A stretch of 64,000 nucleotides of DNA from Nitrospirota bacterium (GTDB taxonomy: Bacteria > Nitrospirota > UBA9217): positions 192,001 through 256,000 of the forward strand of contig CAWBNQ010000003.1 of assembly GCA_963790205.1 (NCBI GenBank). Direction: 5' to 3'. Position 1 is the first letter of the stretch. Each line of letters opens with the position of its first letter. The translations under genes were made by a program, and so were the position numbers. The notes under the pieces are model-generated. The model was given only the letters and a program-made list of their open reading frames with translations. It made no database searches and was not told where the DNA came from. Of the stretch, positions 48,144-57,449 are shown piece after piece.

Positions 48144-50543
48144 ATGTCCGATAAAAAATCACTTCAGCAGGCCATAGCACGGGAAGGAACGCTTCTTTCC
48201 AGGCTGGAAAAGGTACGAGAGCAGGCACTTTCAAGGATAAATGATCTCAAGCGCGAACTCGCATCGTTGGAAGCAACCTGCTCCGAGTCTCATGCGCCCT
48301 ATGCTGCCAGAACGTCGCAGGAAAAAGTAGGGCTGTTTCGATCGCTTTTCCGCGGCAGAGTCGATGTCTTTCCCAAGCTCTGGACCAGCCGCGCCGGGAA
48401 AAAAGGCTATTTGCCCGCCTGCACGAATGACTGGGTGTCCGGCGTGTGCGGAAAGACGCGTAAACCTCCGATCAAATGCGGCGAGTGCCCAAATCGCAAG
48501 TTCCTTCCGGTGACCGATCAGATCATCATCGACCATCTCCAGGGACGTCTTGTAATCGGCGTCTACCCCATGTTCCCCGACGATACCTGCTGTTTTTTTG
48601 CCGCCGACTTCGATAAGGATACGTGGATGGACGATGTTCGTGCTTTCCGTGAAACCTGTAAAAGCATGAGCATACCCGTGGCCGTCGAACGCTCGCGTTC
48701 CGGGAACGGCGCGCATGCATGGTTTTTCTTTACAGAACCAGTGCCGGCCGCTACAGCGCGAACGATGGGATGTTTTTTGATCACGGAAACCATGAGCCGG
48801 CGTCACCAACTCAGCATGGAATCCTATGACCGATTGTTCCCCAGCCAGGACACACTGGCCAAGGGTGGCTTCGGGAATCTGATCGCGCTGCCGTTTCAAC
48901 AGGAACCGCGACAAAAAGGCAATACCGTATTTCTCGATGAAAGCTTCACGCCTTATGAAGATCAATGGGCGTATCTTGCCTCAATTGGACGATTATCGCC
49001 GGACGTCCTCCAGCGGATCGCCACCGAGGCGATACGGCAGGGCGATGTGCTCGGGGTGCCAAGAGATTCTGCCGAAGATGGGGACGATCATTCTCCCTGG
49101 AATCGGCCAGCGTCGAAGAAAATACCGAAAAAGAAAATCAACGGGAACTTTCCATCTGAAACGCACGGAGTTATTGCTCAACGTCTCTTTATCGAGAAGA
49201 AGGATTTGCCATCGCCTTTTCTGACCCGCATCAAGCGGTTGGCCGCATTTCAGAATCCGATGTTTTACGAGAAGCAGAACTTGCGTCTCTCGACGGCTCG
49301 GATACCGCGTGTGATTTCCTGCTATGAAGAACATCCCGAACATATTGCCGTCCCAAGAGGCTGCATTGACAATCTCCGCGAGCTACTTGCGGAACACGGT
49401 GTCAAGCTTTTGCTGGATGATAAACGTGTTGCTTCCGCCCATCTCTCGTTTGCTTTTCAGGGCACACTCAGAGAACCGCAGCAGGAGGCCATCAGCGAAA
49501 TCCTTAAGTACGACAACGGCGTCCTGTCAGCGCCGCCGGGATTCGGCAAAACCGTAATCGGCGCGTATCTAACTGCCGCGCGAGGATGCAGCACACTCGT
49601 GCTTGTACACAGGAAAGAGCTCCTGGATCAGTGGATCGCACGGCTTTCGCTTTTTCTCGGGATCGATAAGAAAGAGATCGGAAAGATCGGAGCGGGTAAG
49701 AACAAGCTGAACGGAAGGTTGGATGTTGCAATGATCCAGAGCCTTGTCCGAAAGGACGCGGTCAGCGATCTGGTTGCCGGCTATGGTCAGGTGATTGTGG
49801 ATGAATGCCATCATCTCCCCGCGGTTTCCTTTGAGCGGGTATTGAACGAGGTGAAAGCGCGATATGTTGTCGGTTTGACGGCAACACCGTATCGACGGGA
49901 TGGGCACCAACCGATCATTCACATGCAGTGCGGACCAGTCCGCTATTCCATTCATCCGAAAAGCCAGGAGGCAAGAGCGCAGTTCAAACACCAGCTGATT
50001 TGCAGAACAACTGAATTTACCATGGAAAATCCTGATGCCGCAATTCAGGATATTTTCGCGAACCTCGTTAAAGATGGGCGGCGAAACGCTCTTATTCTTG
50101 CCGATGTACAGCAGGCTCTCAAGGAAGGAAGATCGCCGGTTCTCCTGACGGAGCGGAAAGAGCATTTGGACATTCTTGCGGCCGGATTGCGAAGCGACGT
50201 TAAGCACCTTATCGTTTTGAGCGGAAGACTGTCAGCCAAAGAGCGGCGTGAAACCATGGAAAGACTTGCGGCAATTCCCGACGGCGAAGTGCGGCTCATC
50301 GCGGCAACCGGCCGTTACCTTGGAGAAGGCTTCGATGATCCCCAGCTTGATACATTGATTCTTGCCATGCCGTTCTCCTGGAAGGGGACCATCGTGCAGT
50401 ATGCCGGAAGGCTCCACCGGGAGCATCCGGGTAAGCATGAAGTTCGGGTGTACGACTATATCGACGCGAATGTGCCCAAGCTGCTCAGGATGCATAAAAA
50501 GCGCTTGCGCGGATTTCGGGATATCGGGTATACGGTAGATTGA
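48144..50543 (+). CDS. AEP primase-like (TOTE-type) domain fused to an SF2 (ResIII-like DExH) helicase
   Basis: Cys cluster, AADFD, ERSRSGNGAHAW and GFGNLIALP in the N-terminal part. APPGFGKT, DECH, TAT and QYAGRLHR in the helicase. Confidence 0.85.
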   Translation: MSDKKSLQQAIAREGTLLSRLEKVREQALSRINDLKRELASLEATCSESHAPYAARTSQEKVGLFRSLFRGRVDVFPKLWTSRAGKKGYLPACTNDWVSGVCGKTRKPPIKCGECPNRKFLPVTDQIIIDHLQGRLVIGVYPMFPDDTCCFFAADFDKDTWMDDVRAFRETCKSMSIPVAVERSRSGNGAHAWFFFTEPVPAATARTMGCFLITETMSRRHQLSMESYDRLFPSQDTLAKGGFGNLIALPFQQEPRQKGNTVFLDESFTPYEDQWAYLASIGRLSPDVLQRIATEAIRQGDVLGVPRDSAEDGDDHSPWNRPASKKIPKKKINGNFPSETHGVIAQRLFIEKKDLPSPFLTRIKRLAAFQNPMFYEKQNLRLSTARIPRVISCYEEHPEHIAVPRGCIDNLRELLAEHGVKLLLDDKRVASAHLSFAFQGTLREPQQEAISEILKYDNGVLSAPPGFGKTVIGAYLTAARGCSTLVLVHRKELLDQWIARLSLFLGIDKKEIGKIGAGKNKLNGRLDVAMIQSLVRKDAVSDLVAGYGQVIVDECHHLPAVSFERVLNEVKARYVVGLTATPYRRDGHQPIIHMQCGPVRYSIHPKSQEARAQFKHQLICRTTEFTMENPDAAIQDIFANLVKDGRRNALILADVQQALKEGRSPVLLTERKEHLDILAAGLRSDVKHLIVLSGRLSAKERRETMERLAAIPDGEVRLIAATGRYLGEGFDDPQLDTLILAMPFSWKGTIVQYAGRLHREHPGKHEVRVYDYIDANVPKLLRMHKKRLRGFRDIGYTVD

Positions 50544-50691
50544 GAATATTAATAATGCACCGACGTGGACAATAAGGTCGTGGTCATCGATAAGGCTGTT
50601 GCGATCTACAACGACAATTGGGAAAGGCATAAGGAGCACTTGGAGAGGTATCAAGGAAAATAGCTCCATATTCTTGTCTTTTGAAATATCC

Positions 50692-50708
50692 GCTTGTCAT
50701 CGACAAGC
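50692..50708. promoter_or_regulatory. Palindromic operator candidate upstream of the PIN gene
   Basis: GCTTGTC-atc-GACAAGC. Confidence 0.35.
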
Positions 50709-50810
50709 AGTGATGTTATTCTATATCGCATGGAGTGGATCCCATGGCGAGCATGAGAAGCCATTGATGAAGTGCAGCCCGGCGAGACAGAAAAATGGTA
50801 GAATGAAATT

Positions 50811-51284
50811 ATGAAGAAAAGAGCCATATATGTTGATACGTCTGTAATAGGTGGTTGTTGCGACCTGGAGTTTCAGGAATGGTCAAATGGCATACTAAAA
50901 GATTTTCAAGCGGGTACGTTCAAACTGCTCTTGTCGGAGCTTATTGATGCGGAAATCGAGGATGCGCCAGAGGAAGTCAAAAAGGTTTACGTGAAATTCA
51001 GGCAGTGCACTGATACGATTATTTCGCTTTCTCCTGAATCCATCGAATTAGCCGAGGCATATCTTAAGCATAGGATATTGACGCACAATTATCGTGATGA
51101 TGCCCGGCATATTGCAATCGCAACAGTCGCGGGCGCGGACTTGGTCGTCAGCTGGAATTTCAAGCATATTGTTCATTTTGAAAAGATACAGAAGTTCAAT
51201 GCCGTAAATATCGAGATGGGGCACAAACCAATATCCATCTATTCCCCACGGGAGGTAACAACCCATGTCAGTAAAAGCAGTTGA
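50811..51284 (+). CDS. PIN-domain (VapC-like) protein
   Basis: IYVDTSVIGG, EIEDAP, DDARHIAIAT, VSWNFKHIV. Confidence 0.88.
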   Translation: MKKRAIYVDTSVIGGCCDLEFQEWSNGILKDFQAGTFKLLLSELIDAEIEDAPEEVKKVYVKFRQCTDTIISLSPESIELAEAYLKHRILTHNYRDDARHIAIATVAGADLVVSWNFKHIVHFEKIQKFNAVNIEMGHKPISIYSPREVTTHVSKSS

Positions 51285-51444
51285 GATGGTTCGCAAGATC
51301 AGAAATCAACATTACGAGGAAACGAAAGGTTTCTCAGTAGCGGAGCAGATAAAGTTTGTTAAGAAAAAATCCGAGAAGCTTCAGAGAAAACTCAAACCGC
51401 ATCGTTCAACTACAGACACCCGTCTTGTCGGCTCCAACCGTTAG
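51265..51444 (+). CDS. Small basic protein overlapping the PIN gene, putative antitoxin (59 aa, not in the ORF track)
   Basis: GGAGG RBS. MSVKAVEMVRKIRNQHYEETKGFSVAEQIKFVKKK... Confidence 0.6.
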   Translation: MSVKAVEMVRKIRNQHYEETKGFSVAEQIKFVKKKSEKLQRKLKPHRSTTDTRLVGSNR

Positions 51445-51614
51445 CTACGGGAAGCGCGAGACCCTATCTTTGCAGCGCTCCCCTTACCAGTGGATAGATT
51501 GAAAGCAACGGAGGAAACCATGAGCTGCGGTCCGGTGTCATACTGATGTTTCAGGGTGCGCATGCAAGTGGACCTTTCGTGGATTGTATGGCACATGATA
51601 GGAAGGTGAATTAC

Positions 51615-53213
51615 ATGGCCAATGTCAAAGGCATTATAATTTCCGCATTCGCTCTGTGTCTAACGCTATTGCTGATTCTAACAAGTGTTGCTTCCGCAGA
51701 GAACGTCACCTTCATAAAGGAATACACCTATCAGGCAAGTGATATCGACAGCAAGGTGTCGAGCCGTGCAATAGCGCTGGAGCAGGTCAAAAGAGCGCTG
51801 CTGGAACAACTCGGGACGTATCTTATCAACGAAACAGATGTTAAAAATTACCAAATAACTAAAGACCAAGTAACCATGTTGACAGCTGGTGTCGTCAGCG
51901 CTGAAATTATTGATGAGAAGTGGGATGGACGGACTTACTATCTCAAAGCGAAGATGGCCGCAGACCCGAAAGAAGTGGCTAAGTCGGTTGATGCATTGAG
52001 AAAGGATGTAGAAAAAAGCAAAGAACTCGCGGACTCAAAGAAAAGAGCTGAAGAAGCAATGAAAGAGGTTGAGCGGCTAAAGAAAGAATTGGAATTAGTT
52101 AAGACAGACACCGAGAAACAGGGCGCCTATGCAGAGGCTATAAAAGATTTAACTTCGTCAGATTGGTTTGATAGGGGCTTGGCATTTCATGATTCAAACG
52201 ACTTTAAAGATGCGATTGAAGCTTATAATAACACAATAAGAATGAGTCCTCAATATGCGATGGCCTATAACAATCGAGGCGCTGCTTATTACAAATTAGG
52301 AAACAAGCAGCAGGCGATCAAGGATTACGAAAAGGCAATTGGACTAAATCCGCAACATGCGTGGGCTTACTATAACCGAGGCATTATTTATGACGATTTA
52401 GGAAACACGCAGCAAGCTATCAAGGATTACGACAAGACAATAGAGATAGATCCTCAAATCGCGGAAGCTTATTATAATCTGGGCAATGATTATGCCGCTT
52501 TAGGCAACAAGCAACAGGCTATAAAGTATTTTGATAAAGCAATAGAGCAGAATCCTCGATTTTCGAGTGCTTATGTTAATAGAGGGATTGCTTATGGCCG
52601 TTTAGGCAATGAACAGCAGGCAATCAAGGATTTTAACAGCGCAATAGAGCTGAATCCGCAAGATGCGGGTGCATACGCTAATCGAGGGGCTGCTTATTCT
52701 TCTTTAGGCAACAATCAGCAGTCTGTCAAGGATTATGATAAAGCGATAGAGCTAAATCCTAAAAATGCGATGACTTATGTTGATCGAGGAATTGTTTACC
52801 GTAAGATAGGAAACCAGCAACAGTCAATCAAGGATTTTGACAAAGCAATAGATCTGAATCCAATATTTGCTGTGGCTTACCATAATCGAGGGCTTACTCA
52901 TGGTAAGTTCGGAAACCAGCTGCAAGAAATAAAGGATTTTGACAAAGCAATAAAACTGAATCCTCAATATGCGAAAGCTTATTATAGTCGAGGTCTTTCT
53001 TATGCCATTTTAGGTGATACGAGGCAGGCTATTAAGGATTTCGACAAAGCTATAGAACTGAACCCTCAAGACGCAATGGCTTATTACGGCCGGGGGCTTG
53101 CCTATGAAAATATGGGAAACAATAAAATGTTTATCCAGGATATTAAGATAGCTGCGAGGCTGGGTAGTGAAGGTGCTCAGAACTATTTGCGTTCGAAGGG
53201 AATTGCATATTGA
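51615..53213 (+). CDS. Exported TPR-repeat protein (about 10 TPRs)
   Basis: Signal peptide, coiled coil, and ten 34-aa AYxNRG...AIKDFDKAIELNP repeats (102-nt periodicity). Confidence 0.9.
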   Translation: MANVKGIIISAFALCLTLLLILTSVASAENVTFIKEYTYQASDIDSKVSSRAIALEQVKRALLEQLGTYLINETDVKNYQITKDQVTMLTAGVVSAEIIDEKWDGRTYYLKAKMAADPKEVAKSVDALRKDVEKSKELADSKKRAEEAMKEVERLKKELELVKTDTEKQGAYAEAIKDLTSSDWFDRGLAFHDSNDFKDAIEAYNNTIRMSPQYAMAYNNRGAAYYKLGNKQQAIKDYEKAIGLNPQHAWAYYNRGIIYDDLGNTQQAIKDYDKTIEIDPQIAEAYYNLGNDYAALGNKQQAIKYFDKAIEQNPRFSSAYVNRGIAYGRLGNEQQAIKDFNSAIELNPQDAGAYANRGAAYSSLGNNQQSVKDYDKAIELNPKNAMTYVDRGIVYRKIGNQQQSIKDFDKAIDLNPIFAVAYHNRGLTHGKFGNQLQEIKDFDKAIKLNPQYAKAYYSRGLSYAILGDTRQAIKDFDKAIELNPQDAMAYYGRGLAYENMGNNKMFIQDIKIAARLGSEGAQNYLRSKGIAY

Positions 53214-53248
53214 GAGACGATATATATGGATTTGCGTTAATTGCAAAT

Positions 53249-53301
53249 GCCTAACAATATTACTCGGACTGATAGGCTCGCAGCTTTCCAGCGGGTTATG
53301 C
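53249..53301 (+). other. Degenerate attC-like site
   Basis: GCCTAAC (RYYYAAC) ... GTTATGC, 8 nt before the next ATG. Confidence 0.4.
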
Positions 53302-53309
53302 TGCATTAG

Positions 53310-54068
53310 ATGGCAGGGATGAAGATAATACAATGGCTAAATGTGGGCGTACGCGGAAGCGCATGCTGGCCTGAACAGGAAACAAAAATTCAATTTGGCA
53401 GCTATGAGTTGGTCTTAAGACCAGCCACTAAAGACACGGAGCAATCGGTCCATATTGCGCGTCAAGAATTATCCGATGATGACGCAATGACCCTCCTTAA
53501 TCGCTTCCTGAGTGTTCTTGCTTGGTGTGATGACCAGGGCATGGAGACTCTCGACGGTTGGTCTGGTAGTCCTATTCCGGTATCAGTGCCTAGACAGACT
53601 CGGCTAATTGGCTCGTCCATTGTTTTTCCCTTTTACCGAGACATAGAAAGCGATCCAAAAGCACGACTGGCATTGGCTCTATATCGTGAAGGCAGAACGA
53701 TCAATAGTATTCCATTCGCATTTTTAAGCTACTTCAAAATCTTGAACATATTTTGGAACGACAAGTGGCAAAACCACAAAAACGAAATTATCGAGGGTCT
53801 GAGGGATGTGCTCCCAATGATAACTGATGGAGAAGCGCGCAAAAATATCGATGTCTTGAGTAAACGGAAACCCGATGTCGCCGCTTATCTCCACGAATCA
53901 GGACGATGTGCTGTGGCCCATGCATACACTAAGCCCACTAAGCCGGTCGTTGATCCCGACGAGTTTTCCGATCTGCGACGACTGTCACAGGAAATATGGA
54001 TTATCAAAGCTGTTGCTGAATTCTTGATAGAGGACAAATTGCACGTGCCCCGGAGCCTCTGTGGGTAA
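53310..54068 (+). CDS. MauJ-like / HEPN-domain protein
   Basis: ARLALALYREG, AFLSYFKILN, and an Rx4H motif in SGRCAVAHA. Confidence 0.72.
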   Translation: MAGMKIIQWLNVGVRGSACWPEQETKIQFGSYELVLRPATKDTEQSVHIARQELSDDDAMTLLNRFLSVLAWCDDQGMETLDGWSGSPIPVSVPRQTRLIGSSIVFPFYRDIESDPKARLALALYREGRTINSIPFAFLSYFKILNIFWNDKWQNHKNEIIEGLRDVLPMITDGEARKNIDVLSKRKPDVAAYLHESGRCAVAHAYTKPTKPVVDPDEFSDLRRLSQEIWIIKAVAEFLIEDKLHVPRSLCG

Positions 54069-54081
54069 ACGGGAAGCATGA

Positions 54082-54143
54082 AAAGAACGACAAGCATGGC
54101 AGTCGAGCGGACTGCCGATTAGTTTTTCAGCAGGTTGTTATGC
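54082..54143 (+). other. Degenerate attC-like site
   Basis: Hairpin GGCAGTC-gagcg-GACTGCC and a terminal GTTATGC. Shares CGGACTG...TTT(C/T)CAGC(G/A)GG..GTTATGC with 53249-53301. Confidence 0.38.
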
Positions 54144-54174
54144 GTAATAATCATTTGGCTTCAAAGGAGCGCAA

Positions 54175-54690
54175 TTGAACTGGTTCAAAAAATTATTTTC
54201 TGCAAACAAGGCAGCGAGTATAGAAACTGATCTTGTGTTCAAGAGCAGCAAGGATGCTTTTGAGTTCTCGTGCAAATTTATGGATTGCACACTTGGAGAA
54301 AAGAAAAGTGTTCCTGCATTAGTTGTCGACGCAAGGGAGCTTGCACCCAATATAGGGTCGGCTGTAAAGACCGAGGCAGATAAGTCGCAAATAGCAATGA
54401 TCCGTGTGGCATCAAGAACTGACGGATTTGTCATTCCGGCAAGGACTGCCGGTGCACAGTCAGCTATTCGTCCAGACTTGGCCCTACAAAGAAGGTATGC
54501 TCACGGCCACCCAGATTTAAAGCCTGGAGATCTCGTAACATTTACGGCGATGATATATAAAAGCGAAATGGTCAAAGCATTTGGAGATAAGGACGCAGGT
54601 TGGGTAGGCTTAATAACATCGAAACTTGAGCCAAAACTGAACATTCAAAATGGTCCCTCATGGCAAATTGAGGAACAATTCCACGATTAG
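54175..54690 (+). CDS. Hypothetical protein
   Basis: TTG start after AAGGAG. 171 aa, MNWFKKLFS... Confidence 0.65.
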   Translation: MNWFKKLFSANKAASIETDLVFKSSKDAFEFSCKFMDCTLGEKKSVPALVVDARELAPNIGSAVKTEADKSQIAMIRVASRTDGFVIPARTAGAQSAIRPDLALQRRYAHGHPDLKPGDLVTFTAMIYKSEMVKAFGDKDAGWVGLITSKLEPKLNIQNGPSWQIEEQFHD

Positions 54691-55191
54691 AATAGAGTTG
54701 GTGAGTTGGTCAAAAAGGCAACTTTGCCCAACATTATTCGATAACGATAAGATAAGTTAACGTAAATACTGCTCACTACACCCTCTCTCATAGCACTCCG
54801 CTTCGCTCTGCTTTCTTACGGTAAGAACCCCGCTCCGCTCAAACGCGCACTGCGCCAAGAACCGGCGCAGAGCGCACCGCGCTCCGCACAAGGGGTCTCG
54901 GCTCCGTCACCACGGCTTCTCCACTTCGCTCCGCTTGGGCTCCGCGCACTCAGCTCCATGCGCCGTTCTGCCGGGGCCTCGCATTGAAGAGTGATAACAC
55001 CCGCTCCGCGTTAACCCGGCCTTCGACACAAGTCGGCGAAGACCACACGCTTCGCGCCGTTGCCGATAATCCACAGCAAGGCAGGGGAGCGCCTTCCTGC
55101 GGCTGACCGTCTTCTCCATCGCGCTCAAGCCATGGCGCTCTGCGGGCCTCGACTAAATAGGTATTTTTCACGCAGCGTATATGAGAAAAAA

Positions 55192-56196
55192 TCACAGCGG
55201 CATGCTGGGCCGGGGGTTCAGGTCGAGGCTGGAGGTCTCGCCCTGTTTAAAATGGAGATACCCGGTGAGGGCGATCATGGCCGCGTTGTCGATGCAGTAA
55301 AACATGCCGGGCAGATAGAGCTTCATGCCTCGTTTTGCCCCCTCTTCGTTCATCCGCTTCCTCAAAGAACTGTTTGCCGCCACGCCTCCGGCAACGACGA
55401 TCCGGCGCACGTCGTTTTCAACCGCCGCCCGAATGGTCTTCTCCACGAGCGTATCCACGACCGCCGCCTGAAAGCTCGCGGCCACGTCCCTGACGTTCAA
55501 CTTCGAGTCGATCCCCCTGTCCTTGCTTTTGAAGAGCGCGATATGGTTTCTGACCGCGGTCTTGAGCCCGCTGAAGCTGAAATCGTATCCTTCGCGCGGG
55601 CCGCGGGGGAATTTCACCGCGTCGGGATTGCCCTCCTGAGCGAGCCGGTCGAGTACCGGGCCGCCGGGGTAATCCAGATCGAGCAGCTTTGCGACCTTGT
55701 CGTATGCTTCGCCCGCCGCATCGTCCCGGGTCTGACCGAGCATCCGGTAGTCTCCGAGTCCCTTCACGTGGTAGAGCGCCGTGTGCCCGCCGGAGACCAG
55801 TAATGCGAGGTACGGGTAGCCGATGTCGGGATATTCGATATGCGCGGCCAGGATGTGCCCCTCGCCGTGGTGCACGCCGATGAAGGGGACGCCCTGTGCG
55901 TAGGCGATGGCCTTGGCAGCGGATACGCCCACGAGCAATGCGCCGATCAAACCCGGCGTATACGTGACGGCCACGAGGTTGATGTCCTTGAGGGATACCG
56001 ACGCGGCCGCAAGCGCCTCGCGGATGATCGGCACCAGGTTTTTGAGATGTTCCCGGGACGCGAGCTCGGGCACAACGCCGCCGTATTTTTTATGAATGTC
56101 GATCTGCGAGGAGACGATGCTGGACAGGACGCTCTCGCCGCGGAGCACGGCAGCCGCGGTTTCATCGCACGAGGTTTCTATTCCAAGAGTAAGCAT
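55192..56196 (-). CDS. tsaD: tRNA N6-adenosine threonylcarbamoyltransferase
   Basis: LGIETSCDET, GGVVPELASR, HHGEGH, VSGGHT, DDAAGEAYDK, FSFSGLKT, DNAAMI. Confidence 0.97.
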   Translation of the reverse strand: MLTLGIETSCDETAAAVLRGESVLSSIVSSQIDIHKKYGGVVPELASREHLKNLVPIIREALAAASVSLKDINLVAVTYTPGLIGALLVGVSAAKAIAYAQGVPFIGVHHGEGHILAAHIEYPDIGYPYLALLVSGGHTALYHVKGLGDYRMLGQTRDDAAGEAYDKVAKLLDLDYPGGPVLDRLAQEGNPDAVKFPRGPREGYDFSFSGLKTAVRNHIALFKSKDRGIDSKLNVRDVAASFQAAVVDTLVEKTIRAAVENDVRRIVVAGGVAANSSLRKRMNEEGAKRGMKLYLPGMFYCIDNAAMIALTGYLHFKQGETSSLDLNPRPSMPL

Positions 56197-56226
56197 GGGT
56201 TTCATTGAAGGAACATGACAGATGAA

Positions 56227-56310
56227 GGGACGATGGGGAGACGCGGAGACGGGGAGATTGAAATGATTTGATGGACCTGCCCGTCGTCCTTTCACCCTTC
56301 GCCGCGCCGT
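56227..56310. repeat. Two-armed 8-mer repeat (GGGGAGAC GCGGAGAC GGGGAGAT ... CCCGTCGT CCTTTCAC CCTTCGCC)
   Basis: Intergenic, upstream of tsaD. Confidence 0.55.
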
Positions 56311-56313
56311 TTG

Positions 56314-57276
56314 CTACTGCATCAACCTCGACACCGGCACGATAGTAATTCCCTGCCGGTCGGCATCAACGAGCCATTTCCGGAGCGCGCTGATCGTGGC
56401 CGGATGCGGGTGCCCGATACCGATGGCACGGCCGCGCTCTTTCGCGATATGCGCAAGCTCTTCCAGCTGTTTGCCGATATAGCCGGCATTGTCGCTTTCG
56501 TTGTCCAGGAACACATCGCGTTTTGCCGCTTTGAGGCCGAACTCTTTCGCCGTGGCATAGGCCACGCTTTTCGGGTTCGTGAGGCTGTCGAGGAAGAGGA
56601 GGTTTCTGGCCTTGAGCTCGGCCATCAGAAATTTCATCGCTTCCCTGTTCTCGGTGAGCGCCGAGCCTTCATGGTTGTTGACGCCCACGGCCCCGGGGAC
56701 GGAAGCGACATCGTCGCTGAGCGTGCTCAAAAAGTCCAGGGGAGTCATGTCCGAGCGCAGGGTGCCGGGAGACGACCTCATGTTCCTGTCTTTCGGCTCC
56801 ATGGGAAGGTGGAGCAGGACCTCCCGCTTGTTCTGCAAGGCCAGCTCCGCCACTTTCCTTGACTGCGCCAGTCCGGGCATGACTGCACAGGTGATCTTGC
56901 CGGGAAGGGACATGATATCGCGGGCAGGCGCCAGGTCCTGCCCCAGGTCGTCGATTACGATGGCGACGAGGACCGTTTTCTCCGGACGGACGCCCCCCAG
57001 CAACTCCGGCCCCATTGCGGGCTTCTGCGGTAGCTTTTTACTCACGCGTGCAGAAGGCTTTTTTGGCGCCGGTTTCTCGTGGGTCGCCTGCTCCTGCTGC
57101 ACGGTCTGCTGGGGAGCCGGCTTCTTTCCCCCCGGGGAACGAAATTTGCGCAGCGGGCCCCACAGGATCAGCGCGATTGCGACAACGACGACGATGATGC
57201 CGACGGCGACCGTGCGGTCGTAGCGGCTGCCCTTGCGCCTTGATCTTCCTTTTGCCGGGAGTTGTTTTTTTGCCAT
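56314..57276 (-). CDS. Divergent polysaccharide deacetylase (YibQ family)
   Basis: AIVIDDLG, LLHLPMEP, GVNNHEGS, FLDSLT, RDVFLDN, AIGIGHP. Confidence 0.92.
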   Translation of the reverse strand: MAKKQLPAKGRSRRKGSRYDRTVAVGIIVVVVAIALILWGPLRKFRSPGGKKPAPQQTVQQEQATHEKPAPKKPSARVSKKLPQKPAMGPELLGGVRPEKTVLVAIVIDDLGQDLAPARDIMSLPGKITCAVMPGLAQSRKVAELALQNKREVLLHLPMEPKDRNMRSSPGTLRSDMTPLDFLSTLSDDVASVPGAVGVNNHEGSALTENREAMKFLMAELKARNLLFLDSLTNPKSVAYATAKEFGLKAAKRDVFLDNESDNAGYIGKQLEELAHIAKERGRAIGIGHPHPATISALRKWLVDADRQGITIVPVSRLMQ

Positions 57277-57368
57277 GGCAAGCCTTTTATACAGTATTAC
57301 GATAAAAAAAACCAGAGAATTTTTGGACGGAAGCAGCGCGTTCGTCAAGAAGCACGCCGTTTTTTGGC

Positions 57369-57397
57369 TTGACTTAGATCGGAGCGGCTTTTATACT
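57369..57397 (+). promoter_or_regulatory. sigma70-type promoter for aroG
   Basis: TTGACT-17 bp-TATACT. Confidence 0.6.
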
Positions 57398-57449
57398 GTT
57401 TGACACGCACCGGTATGTGCATGGATGAGGTAGAGGAGGTTTTGCCAGC

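Noticed and set aside
52170..53110. 102-bp periodic DNA repeats as a CRISPR or non-coding array
   Set aside because: They encode TPR units inside an ORF. There are no identical repeats with unique spacers and no cas genes.
48144..53213. A complete TOTE system (primase-helicase + TPR)
   Set aside because: The TPR protein has a signal peptide and no evident OB/TBP domains, and it is separated by a TA module. Linkage is unsupported.
54734..54762. dif/Xer-like site TTATTCGATAA-CGATAAG-ATAAGTTAACG
   Set aside because: Too many mismatches to the XerD arm TTATGTTAAAT, and non-standard spacing.
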